64,000 nucleotides of DNA from positions 5,642 to 69,641 of the forward strand of contig JAIOZM010000005.1 of assembly GCA_021740585.1 (NCBI GenBank). Reading direction: 5' to 3'. The notes below the pieces were generated by a model. That model was not told the DNA's origin and searched no databases. It saw only the letters and a list, made by a program, of their open reading frames with translations. Source of the stretch: Bacteroidales bacterium (GTDB taxonomy: Bacteria > Bacteroidota > Bacteroidia > Bacteroidales > GCA-2748055). The position numbers and the translations under genes are program-made. Below, piece by piece: positions 10,449 through 20,563 of this stretch; within the stretch, counting starts at the first letter, position 1, and each line of letters begins with the position of its first letter.

Positions 10449-11786
10449 ATGTCAAAAAAAAATGTAATAATTATCGGTGCAGCCGGACGGGACTTTCATA
10501 ACTTTAATACCTATTTTAGAGATAATGAGGCTTATAATGTAGTTGCATTTACTGCTGCTCAAATACCTGATATTGACGGAAGAAAATACCCTTCCGAGCT
10601 TGCAGGAAAGTTGTATCCCAATGGAATTTCTATTTTTTCGGAGGCTGATTTGCCTCAATTGATCAAAGATAAAAAAGTTGATGATTGTGTATTTTCTTAT
10701 AGTGATGTAACTTATGAAAAAGTTGGTAGTGTAAGTGCCATTGTAAATGCAGCGGGTGCGAATTTTGTTTTACTTGGCACTAAAGACACTATGTTGAAGA
10801 GTTCAAAACCTGTTATTGCGGTTGGAGCAGTTAGAACGGGTTGTGGAAAAAGTCAAACCTCAAGGCGTATTATTGAACTTTTGATGGAAAAGGGTTTGAA
10901 AGTTGTGGCTATTCGTCATCCTATGCCCTATGGTGATTTGAATGCACAAAAAGTTCAGCGTTTTGCTGTTATTGGTGATTTGGAGAAGCATAAATGTACC
11001 ATCGAGGAAATGGAGGAATACGAACCTCATGTGGTTCGTGGGAATGTTATTTATGCCGGAGTTGATTATGAGGCTATTCTGAGAGCCGCTGAAAAAGATC
11101 CCGATGGTTGTGATATTATTTTATGGGATGGTGGCAATAACGATTTCCCCTTCTACAAACCGGATCTTACTGTAACAGTTGCAGATCCTCATCGACCCGG
11201 TCATGAATTGAAATATTATCCTGGTGAAGTTACTATGCGTATTGCTGATGTTGTAGTAATTAACAAAATGGATAGTGCTGCTCCCGAATCAATACAAATT
11301 GTTCGCGAAAGCATTGAAAAAGTAAATCCAAAAGCTATAGTTATTGATGGAGCCTCTCCTATAAGAGTCGATAATCCTTCAATAATAAAGGGTAAACGAG
11401 TTTTGGTAGTTGAAGACGGACCAACCCTTACCCATGGAGAGATGAAAATTGGTGCCGGGGTGGTAGCGGCAAAAAAATACGGATGTAAGGAACTTGTTGA
11501 CCCAAGACCTTTTACGGTTGGGAAACTTAGCGAAACCTTCCAACTCTATCCAAATATTGGCACTTTGCTGCCTGCCATGGGTTATGGTAAGGATCAGCTT
11601 AAGGATCTCGAAACTACGATAAACAACACCGATTGTGACGCCGTAGTTATTGGTACTCCAATCGATTTAAGCAGAATTGTAAACATTAAAAAACCACATA
11701 CCCGTGTGTTTTATGATCTTCAGGAAATTGGAGAACCCAATTTGAAAATGGTTCTGGATGATTTTGTAAAACAGCATAAACTTTAA
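10449..11786 (+). CDS. Cyclic 2,3-diphosphoglycerate synthetase-like P-loop protein (COG2403)
   Basis: GAAGRDFHNFN, AVRTGCGKSQTSR, RHPMPYG, IEEMEEYEPH, WDGGNND and VEDGPTLTHG. Confidence 0.82.
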   Translation: MSKKNVIIIGAAGRDFHNFNTYFRDNEAYNVVAFTAAQIPDIDGRKYPSELAGKLYPNGISIFSEADLPQLIKDKKVDDCVFSYSDVTYEKVGSVSAIVNAAGANFVLLGTKDTMLKSSKPVIAVGAVRTGCGKSQTSRRIIELLMEKGLKVVAIRHPMPYGDLNAQKVQRFAVIGDLEKHKCTIEEMEEYEPHVVRGNVIYAGVDYEAILRAAEKDPDGCDIILWDGGNNDFPFYKPDLTVTVADPHRPGHELKYYPGEVTMRIADVVVINKMDSAAPESIQIVRESIEKVNPKAIVIDGASPIRVDNPSIIKGKRVLVVEDGPTLTHGEMKIGAGVVAAKKYGCKELVDPRPFTVGKLSETFQLYPNIGTLLPAMGYGKDQLKDLETTINNTDCDAVVIGTPIDLSRIVNIKKPHTRVFYDLQEIGEPNLKMVLDDFVKQHKL

Positions 11787-11826
11787 CAAAAATAATATCA
11801 ATTAAAGCATTGATAATTGATCTGAA

Positions 11827-11888
11827 TTATCTCTGTGAGACACTGAAAACTTTTTTTGATTTAAAAGAACAGCGTTTCACAGAGATAA
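11827..11888. repeat. Imperfect inverted repeat (CTCTGTG/CACAGAG type) between convergent genes
   Basis: ttatctctgtgagacactg ... cagcgtttcacagagataa; 19-bp arms with 2 mismatches. Confidence 0.65.
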
Positions 11889-11981
11889 ATATTATATATG
11901 ACCTTATCTATCAGTTCTGTTAGGGGTTGGGAAAGGCAAATAAACCGGCATGGTGTAATATTATAATTTAAGAAAGTACAA

Positions 11982-12929
11982 CTAATTTCTGCGTCTATCT
12001 TTTTTTTGATATTTTGAAATTATAATTTTCCCGGTTGCAAGTATGCTTATTCCAATAATGGTAATAATACCTCCAATTATCTGCATTTTTACAGGAAAAA
12101 CACCCAGGTAAATAATAGCTCCTACAGCAACAAAAATTCCTCTGGTAGATTGAATAATCATGGTTCTTGTAGCTTCAATATATTTTAAGGAGGAGAACTG
12201 TGCCAGACCTGTTAAAAAGGGACCCAGAACAGAACCCATACCCACATTAAATAATGCAGCACCAGGAATTTCCAATGATTTTCCGCTTTGAATCATCATA
12301 ATAGTAAAGAAAATAAACAGGTATGCAATTCTGTTTATCATCAATAATGATGGGTCAATTTCTTTAATTCTGTATTTAGAAACAATGACGCTTATTGACA
12401 TGAACAGAGATGATAAAAGGATATAACCCGTGCCTTCAATAAATATATCGTTCAGATCATTCTTTCCTGAGTAAGAAATCAGGATTGCTCCAATAAGCGT
12501 AAAAAGAATTCCGGTTACTTCAATTTTGGTAAATCGCTCTGCCAAAAAACTTATGCCTAATATAGCGACAAAAACAGGAGTCAGATTCGAAAGGAATGAA
12601 ACTATCGTTGGATTTTCAACAATTTCAATGGAAATAAAAAGAGTTATAGCAGCAAATAATTCCAGGAAACCGACCAAAATCAATAAATATCTGGATTTTG
12701 TATTTAAGCTTTTTATAAGAGTCAGCTTTCCGGAAAATATTACGTAGAACAAACTCCAGATAAAAGCCAGTCCAAACCAATAAAATCCAAACTGATAGAG
12801 GTGGATCTCGGAAAGGGCGGCTTTGCTGAAAATATAAACATTAGCCATTCCCAAAGTAGCTAAAAAGGCAAAAATATAACCTTTGGTTACCTGATGGGAA
12901 GATAAATACTTCTTGATTTTACCAAACAT
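11982..12929 (-). CDS. DMT/EamA family transporter
   Basis: About 10 TM helices in two EamA repeats (PVFVAILGISFLAERF; QIIGGIITIIG). Confidence 0.88.
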   Translation of the reverse strand: MFGKIKKYLSSHQVTKGYIFAFLATLGMANVYIFSKAALSEIHLYQFGFYWFGLAFIWSLFYVIFSGKLTLIKSLNTKSRYLLILVGFLELFAAITLFISIEIVENPTIVSFLSNLTPVFVAILGISFLAERFTKIEVTGILFTLIGAILISYSGKNDLNDIFIEGTGYILLSSLFMSISVIVSKYRIKEIDPSLLMINRIAYLFIFFTIMMIQSGKSLEIPGAALFNVGMGSVLGPFLTGLAQFSSLKYIEATRTMIIQSTRGIFVAVGAIIYLGVFPVKMQIIGGIITIIGISILATGKIIISKYQKKDRRRN

Positions 12930-13138
12930 TTGGATTGGGTTATAAAGATTCTGACTTCAGAAACAAATGCCAGTCAATTATGTTCCTTTCAAAGCTTTTA
13001 AAACCTCTAATGATTTAATATTCAATAATTAGCAAATAAAATATGTCCAACACCTGTTGTGCCAGTTAAAAAATCTGCTGATTTAGCAAGCTTAAACAGA
13101 AAGTTTCGGGCTTACCAGAATTAAATTACAAAAAATAA

Positions 13139-14482
13139 TTATAGTCTTTTTTTAATTTCCTCAGTTTCCTTCTCGAATCCAGGTTTTTCTAGCAGAGCAA
13201 ACATATTTGTTTTGTATGCTTCAACGCCAGGTTGATTGAATGGATTAATATTGAGGAGATATCCGCTTATTCCGCATGCTTTTTCAAAGAAATATACCAG
13301 TAGTCCCAGATTGTATTCATTAATACGGTCAATTTCTATTCGAATGTTTGGAACCCCACCGTCAACATGTGCCAGCATAGTGCCAAGTTCAGCCTTTGAG
13401 TTTACTTCAGAAATTCGTTTATTGGCAATATAATTGAGCTGATCTAAATTGTCGATATCTGAAGGGATTTTCATTGTTTTATCAGATCCGGTCACTGAGA
13501 TAACGGTTTCAAAAATATGTCGTTCACCTTCCTGAATATATTGCCCCATGGAATGCAGATCGGCTGTGAAATAAACACTGGCAGGGAAAATTCCTTTGTT
13601 TTCTTTTCCTTCACTTTCACCATACAATTGCTTCCACCATTCTGATAAATAAACCAGTTTGTCGTGATAATTTGCTAAAATTTCAATCTTTTTTCCTTTT
13701 AAATATAGTGCATGACGGGTTGCGGCATAAATGGCAGCAGGATTTTCTTCAAATGAAACTTCCGGAGAAGTTAAAGACTCCATCTTTTTTGCACCGTTAA
13801 TGAATTCGCGGATTGAGTAACCGGCAATTGCAATGGGAAGGAGCCCAACCGGTGTTAATACAGAATATCTTCCACCTGCATCATCGGGAATTACAAAGCT
13901 TTGATACCCTTCAATATTAGCAAGCTTACGCAGAGCGCCTTTTTTGGCATCTGTTATGGCAATAATTAATTCTTTTGCCTGATCTTTTCCTACCTGTTCT
14001 TCAAGTTGATTTTTTAGAATACGAAAAGCCACTGCCGGCTCTGTGGTGGTACCCGACTTTGAAATTACTACAATACCAAACTTTTTACCTTTTAATAAAG
14101 CAGATAATTCAACAATGTATTCTTCAACAAGGTTTTGCCCGGCAAAAAGAACTCTGGGATATTTCCCTTTATTCTCCAGCCACTCAAAACTGCTGCTCAT
14201 GGCTTCGAGGAAAAATTTGGCTCCCAGATAAGAACCTCCAATACCTATCACAACAACGAAATCGACTTTATTGGCAAGTTCATTGGCGCACTTTTCAATG
14301 GATTGAATTTCATTTTCTGAGATTTGAGAAGGCAGGTCAACCCATCCAAGGAAATCACTCCCCTCACCTGTTTTATTATGAAGACTGCTAAGCTGTTTCT
14401 GAGCTTCTTCTGAAAATGAGAATACTTCTTCTTTGCTTACAAAATTATGAATCTTACTGATATCAAGCCTGAAATTTTTCAT
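13139..14482 (-). CDS. pgi: Glucose-6-phosphate isomerase
   Basis: FLGWVDLP, IGIGGSYLGA, SKSGTTTEP, GGRYSVLTPVG, QLYGESEGK and NPFNQPGVEAYK. Start moved to ATG 14482, downstream of TAAATTTG. Confidence 0.97.
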   Translation of the reverse strand: MKNFRLDISKIHNFVSKEEVFSFSEEAQKQLSSLHNKTGEGSDFLGWVDLPSQISENEIQSIEKCANELANKVDFVVVIGIGGSYLGAKFFLEAMSSSFEWLENKGKYPRVLFAGQNLVEEYIVELSALLKGKKFGIVVISKSGTTTEPAVAFRILKNQLEEQVGKDQAKELIIAITDAKKGALRKLANIEGYQSFVIPDDAGGRYSVLTPVGLLPIAIAGYSIREFINGAKKMESLTSPEVSFEENPAAIYAATRHALYLKGKKIEILANYHDKLVYLSEWWKQLYGESEGKENKGIFPASVYFTADLHSMGQYIQEGERHIFETVISVTGSDKTMKIPSDIDNLDQLNYIANKRISEVNSKAELGTMLAHVDGGVPNIRIEIDRINEYNLGLLVYFFEKACGISGYLLNINPFNQPGVEAYKTNMFALLEKPGFEKETEEIKKRL

Positions 14483-14527
14483 TTGCCTTAAAATATTATT
14501 GTTTGTTATAAATTTCTTTTGAAGGGG

Positions 14528-14535
14528 CAAATTTA
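14528..14535 (-). promoter_or_regulatory. Bacteroidota -7 promoter element upstream of pgi
   Basis: Minus strand reads TAAATTTG, matching TAnnTTTG. Confidence 0.55.
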
Positions 14536-14641
14536 GAAAGAATTATCCACTTTTTTTTCAATAAAAGTTGAAGCTTAGACTGTAAGATGAAAGAATAATA
14601 TGTGACCAATAAATTTTACAAAGCCTGAAGAAAGAATAGGG

Positions 14642-15592
14642 TTATTCCTCATTAAGAATTTTAACATCCTGAATTCTTCTGCTTAAAATGTCAGAATAGA
14701 CTTTAGAATCTTTATTCTCGTATTTCCCCCAGGCTAACTGGGAATATTCGAGGGCTTTTTCATACTCGCTTAATATTTCATAAACAACAGCTAAATTATG
14801 TGCAGAACGTCCCTGAGTTTTTCTTTTTTTGCGTTCCATCGAAATTTCAAAACTGGCAATGGCAGCCTCCCAATTATTCACTTCCATCATTCGGGCACCT
14901 TGTGCGAGGTCTTTATCACGGCCGCCTTTTTTATAATAAGTGCGGGTAACCCTTTGCCAGTATGGAGTGATTCTTTTTCCATAGGCTCTGCCGGCATCAT
15001 AGCTAAGGTAAATTACAGGGTCGGATTCAACAGCTGTATTTATGATATTAATTAAATTATTATCATAGGAATTTATTCTTCCGCTTTTTGAAAACTTATA
15101 TTCTTCAATAACTGAATTTGAGGCGAGATCGTAAATTCTAAATCCTAGTTTAGCATCAATAAATTCACCGTTTCGATCTGTATCAAAATATTCTAGAGAT
15201 AGCACAGCATCGGCATTGTATTCCAGACAAATTCCCTTTAAATCTGCTGTCGGTAACAATGGGGCCATATTGCCAGGTTTGCCTTCGGTAATCATTTCAA
15301 TATTTGTTCTGATAAAGCGAATATGAATATTATCATCTACCTGATCTATTAAACCATCGATACATTTCTGTCCGGCAAACCGGTCTTGTCCAATTCCTTC
15401 ACCCGTAATTCCACCTTCTAGTATATTAATAAGTTTAGTATTACGTGCACTTCTGTCGATAACAGCAATAGTTTTAATGTGCTCAGGAAATCTTAGAGAG
15501 GCCGGGAATAATGCGTCAAATGAAATGGAGGGGGCAGCAAAAATAAAAAATGTCAGCAAAAGGATCAGGCTATTTTTAATTTGGGTTTTCAT
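14642..15592 (-). CDS. Exported protein, DUF6340-like with C-terminal TPR
   Basis: Signal peptide, PASLRFPEHIKTIAVIDRS, ADAVLSLEYFD and TPR-like SAHNLAVVYEILSEYEKALEY. Confidence 0.65.
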   Translation of the reverse strand: MKTQIKNSLILLLTFFIFAAPSISFDALFPASLRFPEHIKTIAVIDRSARNTKLINILEGGITGEGIGQDRFAGQKCIDGLIDQVDDNIHIRFIRTNIEMITEGKPGNMAPLLPTADLKGICLEYNADAVLSLEYFDTDRNGEFIDAKLGFRIYDLASNSVIEEYKFSKSGRINSYDNNLINIINTAVESDPVIYLSYDAGRAYGKRITPYWQRVTRTYYKKGGRDKDLAQGARMMEVNNWEAAIASFEISMERKKRKTQGRSAHNLAVVYEILSEYEKALEYSQLAWGKYENKDSKVYSDILSRRIQDVKILNEE

Positions 15593-15789
15593 TGTTGAGG
15601 ATTTTAGTGATTAATCAGGTTTTAATCTGATAAATAGATCGCAAATACAGTACCAAATATTACTTTTTTATCAATTTGCTATTTATAGGGTATAAAGATA
15701 GCTTAAGCAATATTTCTTATTAGAGCTATTAAAAACTTTTTGCATGACTTGCCTCGATAGATTTTTTGTATTCCAGATTTACAATCTCT

Positions 15790-16410
15790 CTATTTCGTTC
15801 CAAACAACCGGTCGCCCGCGTCCCCCAATCCCGGTACGATATAGCCATTCTCATTTAATTTTTCATCGAGGGCTGCCAGGTAGATGTCAACATCGGGATG
15901 ATCTCTTTCAATTCGTGCCACACCTTCAGGGGCTCCAACAATACATACCAGTTTTATGATTTTAGCACCAAATTTCTTTACACTGCTTATGGCCGCACTT
16001 GCACTGCCTCCTGTGGCCAGCATTGGATCCAGAATCATAACTACTGCATCCGGGGTATTTGGGGGGAACTTTGAATAATAATCCTGAGGTTCGAGGGTTA
16101 CATGATCCCGAAATAAACCGATATGACCTACCTTAGCGGTAGGAATCAGATTCGAAATACCATCAACCATTCCCAGTCCGGCGCGAAGGATGGGGATTAG
16201 CACAATGTCTCTGGCTAATTCAGCCGTATGACATGGTCCGACAGGTGTTTCTATATCAATTTCATTCAGAGGAATATCCTGAGTTATTTCATAAGCCATT
16301 AATGCAGCCATTTCATCGAGGTTTTCCCGAAAATCTTTTGTGCCGGTTTCTTTTCTTCTAATTATTGAAAGTTTATGGGTAATCAGGGGGTGATCAAGAA
16401 TATTTAGCAT
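15790..16410 (-). CDS. upp: Uracil phosphoribosyltransferase
   Basis: [27 protein letters not shown] and [18 protein letters not shown]; start at ATG 16410. Confidence 0.97.
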   Translation of the reverse strand: MLNILDHPLITHKLSIIRRKETGTKDFRENLDEMAALMAYEITQDIPLNEIDIETPVGPCHTAELARDIVLIPILRAGLGMVDGISNLIPTAKVGHIGLFRDHVTLEPQDYYSKFPPNTPDAVVMILDPMLATGGSASAAISSVKKFGAKIIKLVCIVGAPEGVARIERDHPDVDIYLAALDEKLNENGYIVPGLGDAGDRLFGTK

Positions 16411-16425
16411 ATAATGGATTTTACA

Positions 16426-16433
16426 CAAAGATA
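16426..16433 (-). promoter_or_regulatory. Bacteroidota -7 promoter element upstream of upp
   Basis: Minus strand reads TATCTTTG about 16 bp upstream of the ATG. Confidence 0.6.
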
Positions 16434-16468
16434 GGAAAAGCTGTCAGAAATTTGTTTAATTTATCCCC

Positions 16469-17251
16469 TCAATAAACAACAATATAATCTGTATATTGAT
16501 GATCCAGCGACTCAGGGAGGTATGAATCGAATTTTCTGGAAGTTCCCTCAATGTTTAGCCACTGTTGATAAAAGGCATCTGATGCAGGACCCAGTGGTAC
16601 AGGAAAATATTGGTCTCTGCGATCTGCAGAATCAAAAACGGTAATTAACATATAGCTTCCAATTTTTGCACCTCTGTTGCCTTTTAAAACATAATTATAG
16701 AATCCATCTATATTTTCCTGATATGCCTGATGGAACTCATTTTCTACAAAGGTCTCGAATTCCTTTTGCAGGCTGGGCTCAATATCAAAATACCTGACGG
16801 CAATAATCTCTCCAATTACTGGAGCTATTATTTTTGAGAAACCCAGAACCACGTAGTCTGTAAAAGGTATTACTGTTTCTACAAGTTTTTGCTCCGGAGC
16901 GTGAAATTGAAACCTGTTCAGAACAGCGTTCCATTGCGGATAATTCGACCAATCGGAAGCAGGGAAATAATAATCGCGGGTGGTTTTAAAATCAAATGTC
17001 CAGGCAAAAATATATTCTCCATTTCTTTCTCCCCGGTCGCCTTTCATAACCCATCCACCTGCACCTTTAGAGTGAGCCGCAATATTATCGCACCATTGAT
17101 TATAGTAATTCAACAGGATAATTTCATTAACTCCCTCACACATCTCGAGTTCACGAATGGAGACAACTTCAGGAAGAAATTGAGCATTTAAATTTTGATT
17201 TTGAATGATCATCAGCAGGATCAGGCCGGATAGAGATACTAATCGTTTCAT
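16469..17251 (-). CDS. Secreted hypothetical protein with two tandem homologous domains
   Basis: Signal peptide (..NLNAQ); internal repeat WVMKGDRGERNGEY..RDYYFP vs YVLKGNRGAKIGSY..RDQYFP. Confidence 0.75.
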   Translation of the reverse strand: MKRLVSLSGLILLMIIQNQNLNAQFLPEVVSIRELEMCEGVNEIILLNYYNQWCDNIAAHSKGAGGWVMKGDRGERNGEYIFAWTFDFKTTRDYYFPASDWSNYPQWNAVLNRFQFHAPEQKLVETVIPFTDYVVLGFSKIIAPVIGEIIAVRYFDIEPSLQKEFETFVENEFHQAYQENIDGFYNYVLKGNRGAKIGSYMLITVFDSADRRDQYFPVPLGPASDAFYQQWLNIEGTSRKFDSYLPESLDHQYTDYIVVY

Positions 17252-17583
17252 GATTCCATGGTTTTAATTAAAGTCTTATGAAAAGAACAGCTTATTAAGA
17301 AATTTGAAGCGATAATTCAATTAACACAAAAAACACTTTTTTATAAAAATAGCTTTTTACAGACTCCATGTCAAGTAATAAACCATTTAAAAATAATTTA
17401 TTAAACATGTTCATTGATACTTCAATTAAAAATTTATTCTGATGGATAAGATTCTAATATCTCCTTTGGTTTCTCAGAAATCCCAAATATTTTTGTTTAG
17501 ACTTGATCTGGGAAAAAGCCTTTTTGAAGTGTGGCTTGGTTATTTTAAATAATAAATCGTGAAGTAAATTGAGGCAGAATTTT

Positions 17584-18675
17584 TTAAAGAAAAATCCTAT
17601 AATCAAATAAGCAGGAGTCAGCGTCTAAAGTTGAAAATTCAAAATCCCAGGTTTTCCCAATACGGGAAAGATCAATAAATGTTAAATCCGATTTTTTAAT
17701 TGACTTAGATTTTAGATTTTCCTTAAACATAATTTTAAGTTCTTCTTCATTTTTATTTTTAAGGAGCTCAAAAAGATTTTGTAAATAATTTCTATCCTGA
17801 ATGCTGATTTCATTTACAGATTTTACCGAGTAAGTCTCTTTGGACCTGCCATAAGAAAATAGTCCAACTTTTTTATTATTTCTTATAAGACCGTGTTTAC
17901 TTATATTCTGGATCATTTCAACCGATGCATGAAAGAGGTCTCTCTGAGTGGTATATGGGAAATCAGATTCTTTAAGATTATTCTCAATCATTTGAATTAC
18001 CGGAAGCAGGGTCTCATGCCTGAAGTCGCTTTTATACAGAAGATATTGGTCGGATTTGAAAAGTTCATTGTCGAGCTGGATAATCTCATCAAAGATGATC
18101 TTCTTTTTTTCCTTAGTGATCATACTTTCTGGTGGGCCAAAACTCAGCATTATATAAAAAATGGAAAAATCTTTACTGTCAGGTTCAAAATGAAAATTTA
18201 ATTTATTGCCTGTCTTTCTGGCCATTTCGATTAAACCCAGAGAGGCTCCACCTTTATCGGTATATTTACCTTCAACCAATACCGTTTTATATAGCTTTGA
18301 GAGGTCTTCCTGATTTAAGGTATTCAGGTATTCAATTTTTTGAGAAAGTAACTCGATTTTCTCATTTCTGATTGGATTTGCAGAAGCAATATGAAGAAAA
18401 TTGTTCTGTACGCGAATAAAAAACGCATTTTCAAGTTTGCCATTGCTGTTTCTTTTTTTGCTGTCCACTCCATGTCTGGCTACATTTTGAAAACATTCAG
18501 CAACAAGAAATACGGCCTTTTTCTTAATTTTACCGAGTTCATTTTTCTCGAGATAAGATTCAGAAAGGTCTACGATTTTTTCAACAATGGAATCTTTAAA
18601 ACTACCATAATAGGCGAGTGTAAGGTCATCCTTTTTAAGGCGATGGTAATAATCGATCAGGTTGAATTCTTTCAA
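17584..18675 (-). CDS. SiaB-family (DUF6272) protein kinase-like protein, tandem duplicated
   Basis: LAYYGSF, ECFQNVARHG and KGGASLGLIEMARKTGNKLNF; second unit has EMIQNISKHG. The TTG start is uncertain. Confidence 0.8.
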   Translation of the reverse strand: MKEFNLIDYYHRLKKDDLTLAYYGSFKDSIVEKIVDLSESYLEKNELGKIKKKAVFLVAECFQNVARHGVDSKKRNSNGKLENAFFIRVQNNFLHIASANPIRNEKIELLSQKIEYLNTLNQEDLSKLYKTVLVEGKYTDKGGASLGLIEMARKTGNKLNFHFEPDSKDFSIFYIMLSFGPPESMITKEKKKIIFDEIIQLDNELFKSDQYLLYKSDFRHETLLPVIQMIENNLKESDFPYTTQRDLFHASVEMIQNISKHGLIRNNKKVGLFSYGRSKETYSVKSVNEISIQDRNYLQNLFELLKNKNEEELKIMFKENLKSKSIKKSDLTFIDLSRIGKTWDFEFSTLDADSCLFDYRIFL

Positions 18676-18781
18676 AAGGGGCGATTTTAGAGATCCAAAT
18701 ATTGAAATAAATTTATGTTAAATACATCAGCAAAACAAATATTCTAAAAACTAAAAAGATAATCCAACTCTAATACAGATA

Positions 18782-19546
18782 TTACTTTAATTCAAGCAAT
18801 TCGATTTTCCGAAATTCAGTTGGAGCACTTTCTGCCTGAATGGCAATATAGCCTTTGGAAAGAGCAAGTCCTTCAAAATGCCTGTAAGATTCAGGTAAGT
18901 CTCCCCCAATTACCGGCTTTCTATATGTCATAACGGTATCACCATTAACAATATGATGGATAATACTGTCCCCAAATACCACGGCCTCAAATCTGACCCA
19001 CTGATCACCATTAAAAGTTTTTGAATTGGATCTTATACAATGTTCAGTAATAAGATTTCCATTTATCTCAATATGAGTTCCTGGAGTACAAACGTTACCT
19101 GTCGGCCTTTCATCATCTTCAATTCCACCAAGAAGCTGCGCTTCAATAGAAACCGGAAAAGACTGGTCCAGTTCTATGCTTTCAGGAGGTTGACAATGTA
19201 ACATTATGCCATTATTCCGGATTGCCCAGGCTTGTCCTCCCGTTACTTGCTCACCTGTGAACCGGTATTCAAAGCGAATCTTATAATTTGAGTAACTTTT
19301 TTCGTAAAAAAGATGACCAAATTCATCCGAAAAATTTTCATATTCCTCATAAGAGACTTTTAAAACAGAATCGCTGACCCGGAAGGTATTTTTGTAATTA
19401 ATACCCAATTCCGAATGATTGAATTTTGGAGTCCAGCCTTCAAGATTTTCCCCGTTAAAGAGCTGAATCCAGTTTTCTTCTTTTTGGGTAGCGGGATTGC
19501 AAGAGATTAAAAGAAGGATTAGAATGAAGATTGAGAATTGTCTCAT
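18782..19546 (-). CDS. DUF1080 (3-keto-disaccharide hydrolase family) lipoprotein
   Basis: Lipobox LLISC, WIQLFNGENLEGW, FPVSIEAQL and GYIAIQAESAPTEFRKI. Confidence 0.9.
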   Translation of the reverse strand: MRQFSIFILILLLISCNPATQKEENWIQLFNGENLEGWTPKFNHSELGINYKNTFRVSDSVLKVSYEEYENFSDEFGHLFYEKSYSNYKIRFEYRFTGEQVTGGQAWAIRNNGIMLHCQPPESIELDQSFPVSIEAQLLGGIEDDERPTGNVCTPGTHIEINGNLITEHCIRSNSKTFNGDQWVRFEAVVFGDSIIHHIVNGDTVMTYRKPVIGGDLPESYRHFEGLALSKGYIAIQAESAPTEFRKIELLELK

Positions 19547-19716
19547 TTATTTAAATTAATTTTTGATCAAGATATGAATTCAAACTTATACCTGAAAGGA
19601 AATCGATGTTAAATATTTATGCGGTATTGAGTTGAAAGGTCTAAATTCTGGTTTTAAAGCTCTGTTTTCATTAAAAATTCTTAATTTGTCGGAAATATCA
19701 TTTAATAGATTCCAAC

Positions 19717-20463
19717 ATGAAAAACATAATCAGTCTTTGCAGCCTTTTGGTTTTTATTTCTACGATGAGCTTTTCACAAAGCAATCCGCAAATTATTCCG
19801 GAAGATGCCGTTTCACTTTTTAACGGAAAAGATTTTAAAGGATGGAAGATACCCGAAGGCGATAACGGACATTGGAAGATAGTAAACTCGGTAATCGATT
19901 ATGATGCGGAAAGTGAGGCTATTAACGATAAGAATTTGTGGACAGAAAAAAGCTATAAGGATTTTGTATTATACATCGACTGGAGAATAAAGGAAACACC
20001 CTGGGAAAACCCCCGGGTTCCAATTATTTTACCGAGTGGTTTGAATAAAAAGGACGAAAAAGGAAAAGATATTGTAACAAAAGTCCCGGATTCCGATTCG
20101 GGCATATTACTTAGAGGGAATGATAAATCGCAATGTAACATTTGGTGTTGGCCGGTTGGTTCAGGGGAAGTTTACGGCTACAGAACGGATAAAAACCTTC
20201 CTGCTGAAGTAAGGAGAGGAGTGACACCAAAGTTGAATGCCGATAATAATATTGGAGAATGGAACAGATTCGTAATTACTCTTATTGACAATGTTTTAAC
20301 TGTAAACCTGAACGGTTATAATGTAATTGAAGAAGCCGAGTTGCCGGGACTACCTGAAAGCGGAGCTATAGGACTTCAGCATCATGGTGCTAAAAGAGAT
20401 GGTGAATGGATTAGTCCGCCAGCTTTGGTGCAATTCAGAAATATATATATCAAAGAGTTGTAG
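19717..20463 (+). CDS. DUF1080 (3-keto-disaccharide hydrolase family) protein
   Basis: SLFNGKDFKGW, DSGILLRG, GEWNRF, GAIGLQHHG and VQFRNIYIKEL. Confidence 0.9.
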   Translation: MKNIISLCSLLVFISTMSFSQSNPQIIPEDAVSLFNGKDFKGWKIPEGDNGHWKIVNSVIDYDAESEAINDKNLWTEKSYKDFVLYIDWRIKETPWENPRVPIILPSGLNKKDEKGKDIVTKVPDSDSGILLRGNDKSQCNIWCWPVGSGEVYGYRTDKNLPAEVRRGVTPKLNADNNIGEWNRFVITLIDNVLTVNLNGYNVIEEAELPGLPESGAIGLQHHGAKRDGEWISPPALVQFRNIYIKEL

Positions 20464-20563
20464 TTACATGCCACTATGGCTTCAACAAGGAAAGTGATTA
20501 AAGACCCGGAATCAGGTTGACATCCGAAGCGGTTTGCACTCAAACGGAATCAGGATTTGTTCG

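Noticed and set aside
20495-20553. cggaatcagg direct repeat between convergent genes
   Set aside because: Only two 10-bp copies with no further structure; could be chance.
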